Counted from the first letter of the stretch, positions 17,136-26,615 are shown. The stretch is DNA of 32,000 nt from an uncultured archaeon (GCA_964354495.1 CAYHAA010000011.1:1-32000), one strand, 5' to 3'. Translations and numbers: made by a program. Notes: generated by a model from the letters alone, not told the origin.

Positions 17136-18119
17136 ATGTTCGACGCCCTGCCCCGTGAGAAACTTGCATTCTTGCCCACTCCACTTCATAGACTGAAGAA
17201 CTTGGGCAGCTCAATTGGTCTCGATGAGTTGTGGATAAAACGTGATGATCAGACGGGTCTGTCCCTTGGAGGCAACAAGGCTCGAAAACTCGAATTTGTA
17301 CTAGGTGATGCTCGAAAGAACAGAGCAGACACCATTGTCACTGTGGGTGGCGTGCAGAGTAACCACTGTAGGCAGACAGCAGCAGCTTGCGCAATAACAG
17401 GTCTACGCTGTATCCTTCTCCTTGGAGGTAAGGAGCCTCCAAACTACACTGGCAACCTGCTTCTGGATAAGTTGCTTGGTGCTGAATTGAAGTTCTACCC
17501 TGATGAAAGCCTTCTGACTCTGAAGACGCGACTTGATGAGGTGGTTGAGACCCTGAGGGACTTTGGTCTGAATCCCTATGCAGTTCCTGCTGGTGCAGAA
17601 ATGCCTGTTGGCACAATTCCCTATGCAATAGCCATGGAAGAGCTCCAGGTTCAGACTCAAAAGGAGGGATTCCTTCCTGATAGAATCCTCGTTGCCACCG
17701 GAACTGGTGGCACTCTTGCAGGCCTCATCATTGGTGCTCATATGCTTGACCTTGATATGGAAATAATCGGAGTGAGCGTTCTGAGCGATGCAGAAACGAC
17801 CCGAGATCGAGTGTGCAACCTGATCTCTCGCGTCATAGATGATTACCCAGAAGTCGGCGGCTTCAAGCCGAGTGTTGTAGTAGATGACGCCTACATAGGC
17901 GAGGGATATGGTGTGCTAAGTAATGACGTTAGGACTAGTCTTGAGATGTTCGCCAAAATGGACGGAATAATCCTCGACCCTGTCTATACAGGAAAGGCTG
18001 GTCTTGCCCTCCTGAGAATGGCACTGAATGGCAACATTCCATCGGACTCCCCTACGGTATTCTGGCATACAGGAGGCCAGCCAGCCCTTTATGCCTATCC
18101 TGAATTGGGCACGGTTTGA
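17136..18119 (+). CDS. PLP-dependent D-cysteine desulfhydrase family enzyme (ACC deaminase superfamily)
   Basis: IKRDD...GGNKARKLEF (PLP Lys) and QSNH. DPVYTGKA and WHTGG are desulfhydrase-type, not the ACC deaminase YEGK/HLGG residues. Confidence 0.9.
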   Translation: MFDALPREKLAFLPTPLHRLKNLGSSIGLDELWIKRDDQTGLSLGGNKARKLEFVLGDARKNRADTIVTVGGVQSNHCRQTAAACAITGLRCILLLGGKEPPNYTGNLLLDKLLGAELKFYPDESLLTLKTRLDEVVETLRDFGLNPYAVPAGAEMPVGTIPYAIAMEELQVQTQKEGFLPDRILVATGTGGTLAGLIIGAHMLDLDMEIIGVSVLSDAETTRDRVCNLISRVIDDYPEVGGFKPSVVVDDAYIGEGYGVLSNDVRTSLEMFAKMDGIILDPVYTGKAGLALLRMALNGNIPSDSPTVFWHTGGQPALYAYPELGTV

Positions 18120-18223
18120 TATGCAGTGCTGCAGCAGAAGTAATCCTTATCAATCGACCTGAGAGAGTCATAGCGATATCTCTCACTAGCACTCCTCTAT
18201 CATTACATAACGGGGGCACTATA

Positions 18224-19129
18224 TTGCACACCGAGATGACACAATTCAAGAAAAGTTTCGAAGAACGATTGGAGGCAGCTCAGAAGGAGAAGGTCCGGAT
18301 AGTCATAAAGGAGCAGTATGCTGATGCCTTTGATGTTCTGGAGGACTGCGAGAACGCACATCTGATTCCTGGAATAGTTGGTCCACCTGGAGTTGGAAAG
18401 ACATTGATTCTCCGAGCCTATGCTGACAAGACAGGACGCGACCTCTATTGGATCACTGGAGATGAGGGCGTACGGCCTTCTCACCTCATAGGAGCGTTTA
18501 ATCCAAGCATTGTCCTCAACAAGGGATTCACACTTGAAGCATTTGAGCCCGGCCCGTTGCTTAGTAGCATGGTATTTGGGGGTGTCTTTGGTCTGAATGA
18601 AGCGAACCGGCTCAGCGAATACGTTCAGAACTCGCTACTGGATCCATTTGAAGAGGGTTCAATCAGTGTGCAACGTTTGGGCAGAATCAAGGCAAATGAA
18701 GGATTCTTTCCAGTGCTCACAATGAATCCAGAGGAGATGAGTGGAGCCCATAGATTCAGCGAGGCGCTGAGAGACCGAATCCGAGTCTGGATTCGACTCA
18801 GCTACCCACGAAAGGAAACTGAACTTGAGATCATCAAAATGAACAGCCCGGAGTACGAACTATCTGATGCCGTCTTGGAGAAGATTTACGGACTTGTTTC
18901 AGCCACGCGTGTAAACACCGATATTGAAAGTCCTGCAAGTATCCGGGCAGGCATCTCTATTGCTCGGCTGTCTGCTGAGATGACACAGCGCCAGAAAGAG
19001 AAGAGCATCTCACATGCCACTCTGTCGTCCGCAGCAACGCATGTTCTCCTCGGTGCTCTTCGCTTCAGGCCGGGGATTGATGCCGAGCCAGCTGTGAACT
19101 CCCTTGTTCGAACGAGCCTCGGGAGCTAA
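18224..19129 (+). CDS. MoxR family AAA+ ATPase
   Basis: Walker A GPPGVGKT, Walker B-like FGLNEANR, TMNP sensor, ALRDR Arg finger. Start is TTG 18224 or ATG 18236. Confidence 0.92.
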   Translation: MHTEMTQFKKSFEERLEAAQKEKVRIVIKEQYADAFDVLEDCENAHLIPGIVGPPGVGKTLILRAYADKTGRDLYWITGDEGVRPSHLIGAFNPSIVLNKGFTLEAFEPGPLLSSMVFGGVFGLNEANRLSEYVQNSLLDPFEEGSISVQRLGRIKANEGFFPVLTMNPEEMSGAHRFSEALRDRIRVWIRLSYPRKETELEIIKMNSPEYELSDAVLEKIYGLVSATRVNTDIESPASIRAGISIARLSAEMTQRQKEKSISHATLSSAATHVLLGALRFRPGIDAEPAVNSLVRTSLGS

Positions 19130-19134
19130 TTCGA

Positions 19135-21672
19135 ATGGCTGCTCAGCCCAAGATTTCTCCTCTTCCAAGCAGCGCACCTCTCTTCGCCCAAGAGTTCACA
19201 AAACAGATGCGCATGAGGAAGGATGTGACTAAGAAACCTAGTATCCGCCAGACTCAGTCAATTCCCCAACTCCTGTCAGCTCGGTATTTTCGGAATGGAA
19301 AGCTGTCCTTGGAAGACTTTCTGGATGCTGCAGTCTATACTACTTTTCCACCTGACCAAGCGATTGCAAGGGAAGTTGCTGAAGATATCCTCCTTGGTCG
19401 CGAGATTGAGAATAGAAGAACGACGCTCGCGCAGCTGCAGGTTGGCAGACAGCAGGCAAGGACACATTCACTGTCAAAAGTCATGGACCAAATCAGGCGT
19501 GAACAGGAACTCGCGAAAGCTATTAGGAAGGATGAAGTTGAGGCTGGATACGAGTATCTTCTCAAGTTGCGAAAGAAGCGAAACAAGAGCCTCTATAATG
19601 CTGCTCGCGACTATCTCACTGAGGGCGATATTGTTCTTCGCGGCATCACAAGTGACCGTGAGCTCAAGGAAATGGCTGGTCGGGAACTCATGGATCTTTT
19701 CGGAGGTCTCTCAACAAAGGACTTCGAGAATTCCCGAATACTGGGCTGCCTTGATGAAGTCTGTAATTCCCCAAATGCTGCTGAACAGATTGCAGCCAGC
19801 TCTCTTAGAGGGGACCAAGACATTGACGAGCGTTTTGCGAAACTGGGTGAGCGGGACACAACAACGGCAGCGCGTGCGCTGAGGCATATGGAGGAGCTCG
19901 GATCGCTGACAAACGAACAACAAGAGGCAATGAACCAAAAGCTGCAGGATGCCATAGACAACTTGAGTAATGCCGCGGACTATGCAAGAGAACTAGGGCG
20001 AGTTCCTGATAATCTGGATAAATTCACCAACGATGCCCCAAAGCAGTTTTCGCTTAGTGACGCGGCAGCCTTCGCTCAGAAGATAAACGATGCCACAGGC
20101 AAGGACATCATTGACGATCTCCTTGGGCAGTACGACCTGCAATTCGATGCCGGAGCAAGCAACAGGCTGGATCTGCGGCAGTTGGCTGAGAATGCTCGCG
20201 TGAACACGAATTGGGAGAGCTTGTTGAATAAACTGATCCGGAACCTAATTGATGGTGCGGACTCTCGGTCATCCCCCTCAGACTTTCTCAGGTCAGCTCT
20301 TTCTCAGAATCAGCCGCTTCGGCAACTTCTTCCTAATCGGACTACCATGCAACAATGGGACAGAGCTATGAGCGAGTTGGCTGAGGGAGCTGTTGAGAGG
20401 TCTCCAACAAAACAGCATCTCCGACAGACCGTGAAGCATGTATCCAAACTGGGACAGGTTCGTTCACCTAGTGTTATTCAGAAAGCTGGTGCGAGACTTT
20501 GCATGACTGAGGAAGAGATACTAGAACTGATCAATCCCTCTTTCGAGGTCATAAAGAAGCTCATACAGTCGGGATTGGATGATTTCGAGAGATTGCACAA
20601 TCTGATGTCTTCGGCAGGACTGAGCCAACAACAGCTAGGGCAACTAGGAGACATGGCCATGCAGATGGGCAATCAGAGTGCCCTGGGTGCGGTGGCGCAT
20701 GAAGACCTTCATGCGGCGTTGGGCACGCAAGGATCAGGAATGCAGAGTCGAAGGTACAGCTACCGGCCTTCTGAATCCGATGCACACGCTCAACCATATG
20801 ACAAGGACAGGGCTGACATCGTAATGGGAGGTCTCTTGGCGGGCCCTGCAACGAACATCATCAGGATTTGGTATGCCTATAGGGATGAACTACCTCCTGA
20901 ACTGAAACAGAAACTGCATGACATTGCAGAGCGACTTCTTATTGACTTGGGAATGAGGTATGCTAGGCAGACCATGGGCAGCAGCATGCTCGGTGGGATA
21001 CAGGAGTCTACCACGGTCAGACCATTCAGAATCGGAGATGACATGGATCTCATTGACCTTGAGGAGACCATTGATTTTCTCCTATCTCAAGGTCGTACGG
21101 ACTTTGGTATTGTTGAAACTTCTGACTTTCTCGTGACTGAAACCTATATGGGTCATCGTGCCTTCTATTGGGCTTTGGATAAGAGTGGCTCAATGGACTC
21201 GCCAAAGAAACTTGGAATGCTTGCGATCTCTGTTATGGCGGGCCTGTATGGCATAAGGAAGGACGACTTCGGAGTTGTCTTATTTGACAGTACTACTCAT
21301 GTCTTCAAAGACATTGCTGATCGTAACGTATCTGTTGAAAAAGTGGCGTCGGACCTTCTTGGGGTGAGGGCTGGCGGAGGCACAGGTGGCCAAGAGTCAA
21401 TGAAGATTGCTCTCCGAAATTTCGAGGACACACGAGCTAAGGAGAAGATATTCATTTTCGGCACCGACATGTATCTCAGTGACCAGCAAATATGCGAAGA
21501 TCTTGCCGAGAGGATGAAGCCTCTAGGAATAAAGATGATTGTACTTGTGCCTACTCATGAACACAACAAGGAGGCCGCCTCCAGTTTGGCGAAGAAGGCT
21601 CATGGTGTTGTATTGGATATCAGTTCGGTTGACGAACTGCCAGCCAGATTACTGAGGGTCACCAATTACTGA
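19135..21672 (+). CDS. Large helical protein with a C-terminal VWA domain (MoxR partner, CoxE-like)
   Basis: MIDAS motif ALDKSGS...GGGT...FGTD; IDLEETI precedes the VWA domain; starts 5 nt after the moxR stop. Confidence 0.88.
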   Translation: MAAQPKISPLPSSAPLFAQEFTKQMRMRKDVTKKPSIRQTQSIPQLLSARYFRNGKLSLEDFLDAAVYTTFPPDQAIAREVAEDILLGREIENRRTTLAQLQVGRQQARTHSLSKVMDQIRREQELAKAIRKDEVEAGYEYLLKLRKKRNKSLYNAARDYLTEGDIVLRGITSDRELKEMAGRELMDLFGGLSTKDFENSRILGCLDEVCNSPNAAEQIAASSLRGDQDIDERFAKLGERDTTTAARALRHMEELGSLTNEQQEAMNQKLQDAIDNLSNAADYARELGRVPDNLDKFTNDAPKQFSLSDAAAFAQKINDATGKDIIDDLLGQYDLQFDAGASNRLDLRQLAENARVNTNWESLLNKLIRNLIDGADSRSSPSDFLRSALSQNQPLRQLLPNRTTMQQWDRAMSELAEGAVERSPTKQHLRQTVKHVSKLGQVRSPSVIQKAGARLCMTEEEILELINPSFEVIKKLIQSGLDDFERLHNLMSSAGLSQQQLGQLGDMAMQMGNQSALGAVAHEDLHAALGTQGSGMQSRRYSYRPSESDAHAQPYDKDRADIVMGGLLAGPATNIIRIWYAYRDELPPELKQKLHDIAERLLIDLGMRYARQTMGSSMLGGIQESTTVRPFRIGDDMDLIDLEETIDFLLSQGRTDFGIVETSDFLVTETYMGHRAFYWALDKSGSMDSPKKLGMLAISVMAGLYGIRKDDFGVVLFDSTTHVFKDIADRNVSVEKVASDLLGVRAGGGTGGQESMKIALRNFEDTRAKEKIFIFGTDMYLSDQQICEDLAERMKPLGIKMIVLVPTHEHNKEAASSLAKKAHGVVLDISSVDELPARLLRVTNY

Positions 21673-21673
21673 T

Positions 21674-22402
21674 TTATGGAACAAAGCCTGCTTTCTCAGC
21701 AAGGGATTTTTCTTTTGATTCGCAGACCCAAAACTTGTAAGCGCATACATAATCAGGTACGTCATGCAAGTCGATGATTGTTGAGCTGAAGATTCTCCGC
21801 ATCAGACGCATATATCGATAGAAAGGAGTGCCGGGCGGGACTATTTCGGCAACGCAATTGAACTGGTAACTCATATTCTGAGGCCACTGCTTCTGGGTCC
21901 AATACATGTTGAGCGTTACACGAGGGTCTCTGAGGATATTCTGATAGGTCCGGTCGCCATACATCTCGACCGCACCAAATCTGAACCTGTCAATCTTGCG
22001 GTCATCCAGCATTACCCTCTGATAGAGCTCGATTCTCTCGTCTAGTGTCTCCTCGAATGGACGACCTTGGAAAGAGAGTTCAGTGCCCTCAAGCTCATGT
22101 ATCGATTCTTGAAGAACCTCATCAGTGAGTGTCAGCCTTATGACTTTCTTTGCAGTGTTTATAGGGAAGATATTCGACGCGTTCAATGTGGCTACAGTTG
22201 GCTTCATGAGCGATGAGGTGTACAGCTCGTTCAATGTTTCTGGTTGATCTGCTGACTTGTTTACTGCATTTGCCATGGCATCGTAGACCTGATCTGGAAT
22301 GGCATTTAACGGGAATGAAACAGTCAGTCCTCCGATGTTGAAATCAATCCTTCTGATTTCCCTGTCAATGAATCTTATCCCTGAGGTTCCTTGGCTTGAC
22401 AA
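21674..22402 (-). CDS. Pyridoxamine 5'-phosphate oxidase-like (flavin-binding split barrel) protein
   Basis: PTVATLN...INTAKK and DRTYQNILRDPRVTLNMY...YQFNCVAEIV patterns. Confidence 0.65.
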   Translation of the reverse strand: MSSQGTSGIRFIDREIRRIDFNIGGLTVSFPLNAIPDQVYDAMANAVNKSADQPETLNELYTSSLMKPTVATLNASNIFPINTAKKVIRLTLTDEVLQESIHELEGTELSFQGRPFEETLDERIELYQRVMLDDRKIDRFRFGAVEMYGDRTYQNILRDPRVTLNMYWTQKQWPQNMSYQFNCVAEIVPPGTPFYRYMRLMRRIFSSTIIDLHDVPDYVCAYKFWVCESKEKSLAEKAGFVP

Positions 22403-22548
22403 GTGGCGCTCACTCTATTTCTTTGTCACTAATCTCTGAATTTGTAGTCTTATATGATATTTGTTCAGATATAACGATTTGTTGGACATCGAAGGGCTTG
22501 CACCAAAATGTCATAAAGGATAGAAAGCACACTTGAGAACGGAGTATA

Positions 22549-22827
22549 ATGGTCGAAGCATTCGAGATTGACTCGCAGGCAAAGATGGTTGAGTTCCATG
22601 GTGACAAATTAGTTGTCGATACGAATAAGGTGCTAGTCTACATTGTCCATGAAACCAAGACAATCTATCTCTGGCGAGGCAGGAATGCTGCAATCTTTGA
22701 GAAACTGCTGGGCACACGAGTTGCAGCGAAACTCAGCCATACGTATCCAAGCTATAGGATACGACCTATTTCAGAGGGCAACGAACCAGCAGCATTCCTC
22801 CATCTTATTGGTACGCCCTTGAAGTAA
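22549..22827 (+). CDS. Single-domain gelsolin-like protein (eukaryotic signature protein)
   Basis: VYIVHETKTIYLWRGRNAAIFEKLLGTRVAAKL...IRPISEGNEPAAFLHL matches the gelsolin repeat consensus (IYxWxG...E...A...v.eG.E...F). Confidence 0.8.
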   Translation: MVEAFEIDSQAKMVEFHGDKLVVDTNKVLVYIVHETKTIYLWRGRNAAIFEKLLGTRVAAKLSHTYPSYRIRPISEGNEPAAFLHLIGTPLK

Positions 22828-22899
22828 CCAAAAGTTCAAAGTCTGTCTCTACATAGCTTTTGACGGTGTCGCACACTGATCATTAATCGTCTTGCCTAT

Positions 22900-23160
22900 T
22901 TGCTACGTCTTCGAAATGTACCACGCGGTCTACTCATGCGGTCCAAGATACTGGACACTCTCGGTAAGGAAGAATGGATCACTACCACAGGGATTTCGAA
23001 GAATGTTGGTGTCACTTCCTCTACTGTTCTCTATCACCTCAAGAATATGGAGCGAGAGGAAGCTGTCGAACGGAATGTGAAAGGCAAGGGTTGGAGAATC
23101 ACTCCATTCCAGCAGATTGAGTTGACAGAATATTTCTCCAAGCGCCGGTCGAGGAAATAA
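22900..23160 (+). CDS. Small ArsR-like winged-helix DNA-binding protein
   Basis: RSKILDTL...TTTGISKNVGVTSSTVLYHLKNMEREEAVER...GWRIT. The start may lie further upstream (CTG 22876). Confidence 0.8.
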   Translation: MLRLRNVPRGLLMRSKILDTLGKEEWITTTGISKNVGVTSSTVLYHLKNMEREEAVERNVKGKGWRITPFQQIELTEYFSKRRSRK

Positions 23161-23200
23161 CACTTATTCGGAAGAATCACTACATTTTCATGTGATCTGA

Positions 23201-23953
23201 ATGGCAAAACATGCAATTGTACGCCCTCCTCCGTCAAGCTTCAAGGGATGCATATCATCGCATCCACTGCGTCACACACTGGACCTCGGCGTCGCGAATA
23301 GGCAACATCAGGAGTACTGCAGGATTCTGAACGAATTGGGTCTTGAAGTAGTTAGGCTGCCCGTTGATGAAGCCCATCCTGACTCTTGCTTTGTGGAAGA
23401 TACCGTAATCATCCATAGGGGTAAGGCTGTTGTGACACGAATGGCCAAAGAGAGCCGTCGTGGTGAGGAAGAACAGGTTGAAGAGATACTTCGCGAGTAC
23501 ATGCGCCTGAGGCGAATACAAGCACCTGCAACCATTGAGGGGGGTGATGTAATCCATCTTCAAAAATACTTGATCAGTGGTATCACTGAGCGAACGAATC
23601 ATGAGGGTGTTTTCCAGACCTCAGATTGGCTGAGAACCCGAATTGAAGTAGTTGAGGACCCCTCGATAGTTCATCTTAAGAGCCACATAACATTCCTTGG
23701 TGCTGGAACGTTCTTCGTCACCGAGCGTTTCTCTGATCATCCATTGTTGAGGAAATACAGAAGACTGGTTGTTCCAGCTGGAGAGGAGTACGCTGCAAAC
23801 ACCCTTGCTATTGATGATGTGATTCTCATGTCGGAGAAGCATCCAAAGTCAATACAGCTCCTGAAGGAGGCCGATTTTGAGGTCATCCCTCTCGAAATGA
23901 GCGAGTTCGAGAAGTGCGAGGGCGCACTCACCTGCCTCTCGATCATATTCTAG
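23201..23953 (+). CDS. Dimethylarginine dimethylaminohydrolase (DDAH) family amidinotransferase
   Basis: HPDSCFVEDT, IEGGDV, VHLKS and C-terminal ALTCLS with the catalytic Cys. Confidence 0.9.
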   Translation: MAKHAIVRPPPSSFKGCISSHPLRHTLDLGVANRQHQEYCRILNELGLEVVRLPVDEAHPDSCFVEDTVIIHRGKAVVTRMAKESRRGEEEQVEEILREYMRLRRIQAPATIEGGDVIHLQKYLISGITERTNHEGVFQTSDWLRTRIEVVEDPSIVHLKSHITFLGAGTFFVTERFSDHPLLRKYRRLVVPAGEEYAANTLAIDDVILMSEKHPKSIQLLKEADFEVIPLEMSEFEKCEGALTCLSIIF

Positions 23954-23961
23954 ATTCACAT

Positions 23962-24969
23962 CTAGAAAAAGTCGGAAAAGAAGCATTCTGCATTTTCCCA
24001 ATAGATCTTCTTCAAAACTGACTCAGGAAGACTGAGTCCATTAATGAAAGTCCCTCCTATTTCAGTAGTGTCTGCGTCAGAAAAGGGGAGCGGCTCGTTC
24101 CTGATATCTGTTTCAAAGAGATGACGAAGAGCCAGATGCCTACCCTCGTAGTACCCTCGTTCTGGTGTAAATGCAACGCAGTCTGTTCCGAAGTGCAGCC
24201 TGCCAGAGTACTTGGTCAGGAATCTTCTGGCCTTTCTCGGGTCCTTACTTAGCTCTCTTGCCATCCATCTTGCAGAGCCCGTATCCACATTGAAATTCCT
24301 ATATGTATCAAACCATCTCGCCAAGTTATCAAGTCTGTGAACCTCAGGCTGTGCCGCGAAGTGAGCAATCTGGAAATGCAATTCGGGATATCTGCGAAGG
24401 ACTCCTTCGAGCTCATCGAGATCGCGTTCCTTCGATGAGTAGTATCTTTGATTTGCATAGTACGTAGTATAGTATGTGTCGGGATCTGAAAGATGAAGCA
24501 AAAGAGGGATGCCCTCCTCGTTCAGAGCTTCGAAGAAACACGCCATTTCGTCGCTGTCCATTCGAAGCATATCCGGGTCCGCTGAGGCACGTCCTCGCAT
24601 CATCGGTGCAGACTGAATCTTGGCAATCTGATACCCCTCTCCCTTCAGAGTCGAAACCTCCTTCAACATTGGTCCGATTCCTTCGGTAAAACGAGAAGAA
24701 CCGGAGAAATACTTTGCAAATATGAAGCGACCTGGATACGCTCGTTCTGCATACCTCTTGATTTCGAGACTATGGCAGATCAGCAGTGCCTGACTAATTC
24801 CAAAATCAGTTTCGACCTCCACTAACAGGTCTAGGCCATTCTCGTCTATTCCATGTGTGTGGGCATCGAATATGAGGCCTTTATACTCCAATTTAGAATC
24901 CAGTTCTTGCACCTGCCTTGGGCACATGATGCCTCTTTGAGGGCTGTGCTTTTTTTTGCTAGATTCCAA
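23962..24969 (-). CDS. Amidohydrolase_2 family metal-dependent hydrolase
   Basis: FDAHTH, LLHLSDPD, QIAHF, FGTDC, KKIYWENA. Confidence 0.85.
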   Translation of the reverse strand: MESSKKKHSPQRGIMCPRQVQELDSKLEYKGLIFDAHTHGIDENGLDLLVEVETDFGISQALLICHSLEIKRYAERAYPGRFIFAKYFSGSSRFTEGIGPMLKEVSTLKGEGYQIAKIQSAPMMRGRASADPDMLRMDSDEMACFFEALNEEGIPLLLHLSDPDTYYTTYYANQRYYSSKERDLDELEGVLRRYPELHFQIAHFAAQPEVHRLDNLARWFDTYRNFNVDTGSARWMARELSKDPRKARRFLTKYSGRLHFGTDCVAFTPERGYYEGRHLALRHLFETDIRNEPLPFSDADTTEIGGTFINGLSLPESVLKKIYWENAECFFSDFF

Positions 24970-25015
24970 GTTTGCAGCTGAATAGGTTTTTTAACTTAGC
25001 CGTTCATAGCCGCAT

Positions 25016-25144
25016 AATCAGCTCTCGCTGGTTCAGGAGAAAAAACAATGAGACGCACGCTTCAAGCCATAGTGGCTTTTACAGTTGTGGCAATGCTTCT
25101 AGCAGGCACAGTTTCGGCTGCGACCTCTCAAGGTCTTGAATGGG
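25016..25144 (+). repeat. Direct repeat copy 1 (5' UTR plus signal-peptide coding region)
   Basis: 129 nt matching 25890-26018 with 8 mismatches; the first 49 nt are identical. Confidence 0.9.
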
Positions 25145-25752
25145 GTATCGTGGTCGGTGATCAGTGGAACTTTGATATAGCAACTACTGAGGAAGGCGTC
25201 GCCGAACTAGATGAAGTAATATACATGGAGGTCTTGGTAAGGCCAATTATTCCCAATATTGTGGCGAACCTGTCCGACCTCCCGTTTGATGACATTGATT
25301 TGGATATAACTTGGGCGAATGGTACAGACCTAGGATGGAGTGCATTGATATTCATTTTCTTTATAGTAGCAGCCCCCTCGTTCATAGTTCCCATCGGCAA
25401 CTATAGCCTCCTATCCGAATTATACAACGCTGACAGCTTCTACAATGGAACTATCTATGACTCAGGTAGCTATTGGGGTATGGATCTCAATGACTTTGAG
25501 CTCATCGAGGGTACTAATCAAAGCGTTGACATCCATGCCGACTACCTGAAGGCTGATGGTGTGGTTGCCCACTGGACTGTGACAACAACTAACACAACAG
25601 ATTCCACCGTGATGGGCACTCTAACCATGGTCCGTCAGGGTCTGCCGGGTCTTGATATCGTAGGCTGGATACGAGACAATCTACTTCTGGTAGGAGTCGG
25701 AGTCGGTATCGTCGTCATTCTGGGTGCAGTCGTCTGCATGCGTCGGAAGTAA
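25048..25752 (+). CDS. Secreted, C-terminally anchored surface glycoprotein, paralog 1
   Basis: Signal peptide, N-x-S/T sequons, internal hydrophobic segment, TM helix plus CMRRK tail; AGGAG RBS. Confidence 0.85.
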   Translation: MRRTLQAIVAFTVVAMLLAGTVSAATSQGLEWGIVVGDQWNFDIATTEEGVAELDEVIYMEVLVRPIIPNIVANLSDLPFDDIDLDITWANGTDLGWSALIFIFFIVAAPSFIVPIGNYSLLSELYNADSFYNGTIYDSGSYWGMDLNDFELIEGTNQSVDIHADYLKADGVVAHWTVTTTNTTDSTVMGTLTMVRQGLPGLDIVGWIRDNLLLVGVGVGIVVILGAVVCMRRK

Positions 25753-25755
25753 ATC

Positions 25756-25790
25756 AAATGGGGCTTTGCCCCATTTCTTTCCTTTCTTTC
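25756..25790 (+). terminator. Hairpin plus pyrimidine tract after paralog 1
   Basis: AAATGGGGC-TTT-GCCCCATTT followed by CTTTCCTTTCTTTC. Confidence 0.7.
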
Positions 25791-25889
25791 CATCTACATT
25801 GTTTTCTAGCGGACAGGAAATCATCATTTGCAGATGCTTCCATTTTTTGCGAAGAATATCCTTTTTAGCATCGTCGTAGACCATCAATC

Positions 25890-26018
25890 AATCAGCTCTC
25901 GCTGGTTCAGGAGAAAAAACAATGAGACGCACGCTTCAGGCCATAGTGGCTTTTGCAGTTGTGGCAATGCTTCTAACAGGAACAGCTTCGGCTGTGTCTT
26001 CTCAAGGTCTTGAATGGG
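25890..26018 (+). repeat. Direct repeat copy 2 (5' UTR plus signal-peptide coding region)
   Basis: Offset 874 nt from copy 1. Confidence 0.9.
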
Positions 26019-26611
26019 CGGTCGTAGTTGGCGATCATTGGAACTACGACCTAACAACAACAGATGAAGGAGTAGTTGACACGGAGGAACTGTACGTCGT
26101 GGTCAATGTAACGTCAACCATACCCGACATTGTGACAGACCTGCTTGACCTTCCATATGCGAATAGTACTATGACCTTCGCGAATTACACTGCCCTAGAT
26201 TTCTCGACCGCATTCCTAATGGTCTTTCTTGCATTCATAACCCCGAGGTTCATATTTCCCGTTGGTAACTTCACCCTCTTGACAGAGCTATACAATGCTG
26301 ACGACTTCTATAATGGGACTGTCTATGACTCAGGTGGTTATTGGGGCATGGACCTCAATGACTATGAGCTCCTTGATCGGAGCACTGATATGCATGCTGA
26401 CTTCCTGAAGACTGATGGCGTACTTGCCCATTGGACTCTAACATCAAGCAATATGACGACATCTGAAGTGGTAGGCTCTGTCAGCATGGTCCGTCAGGGT
26501 CTGCCGGGTCTCGATATTATAGACTGGATACGAGAGCACTTCCTTATAGTCGGAATTGGAGTGGGTTTCATCATTATTGTGGGTGCAGTCGCCTGCATGC
26601 GCAGGAAGTAG
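25922..26611 (+). CDS. Secreted, C-terminally anchored surface glycoprotein, paralog 2
   Basis: Colinear with paralog 1: same MRRTLQAIVAF start, ELYNAD.FYNGT.YDSG.YWGMDLND core and MVRQGLPGLDI...CMRRK end. Confidence 0.85.
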   Translation: MRRTLQAIVAFAVVAMLLTGTASAVSSQGLEWAVVVGDHWNYDLTTTDEGVVDTEELYVVVNVTSTIPDIVTDLLDLPYANSTMTFANYTALDFSTAFLMVFLAFITPRFIFPVGNFTLLTELYNADDFYNGTVYDSGGYWGMDLNDYELLDRSTDMHADFLKTDGVLAHWTLTSSNMTTSEVVGSVSMVRQGLPGLDIIDWIREHFLIVGIGVGFIIIVGAVACMRRK

Positions 26612-26615
26612 GATT

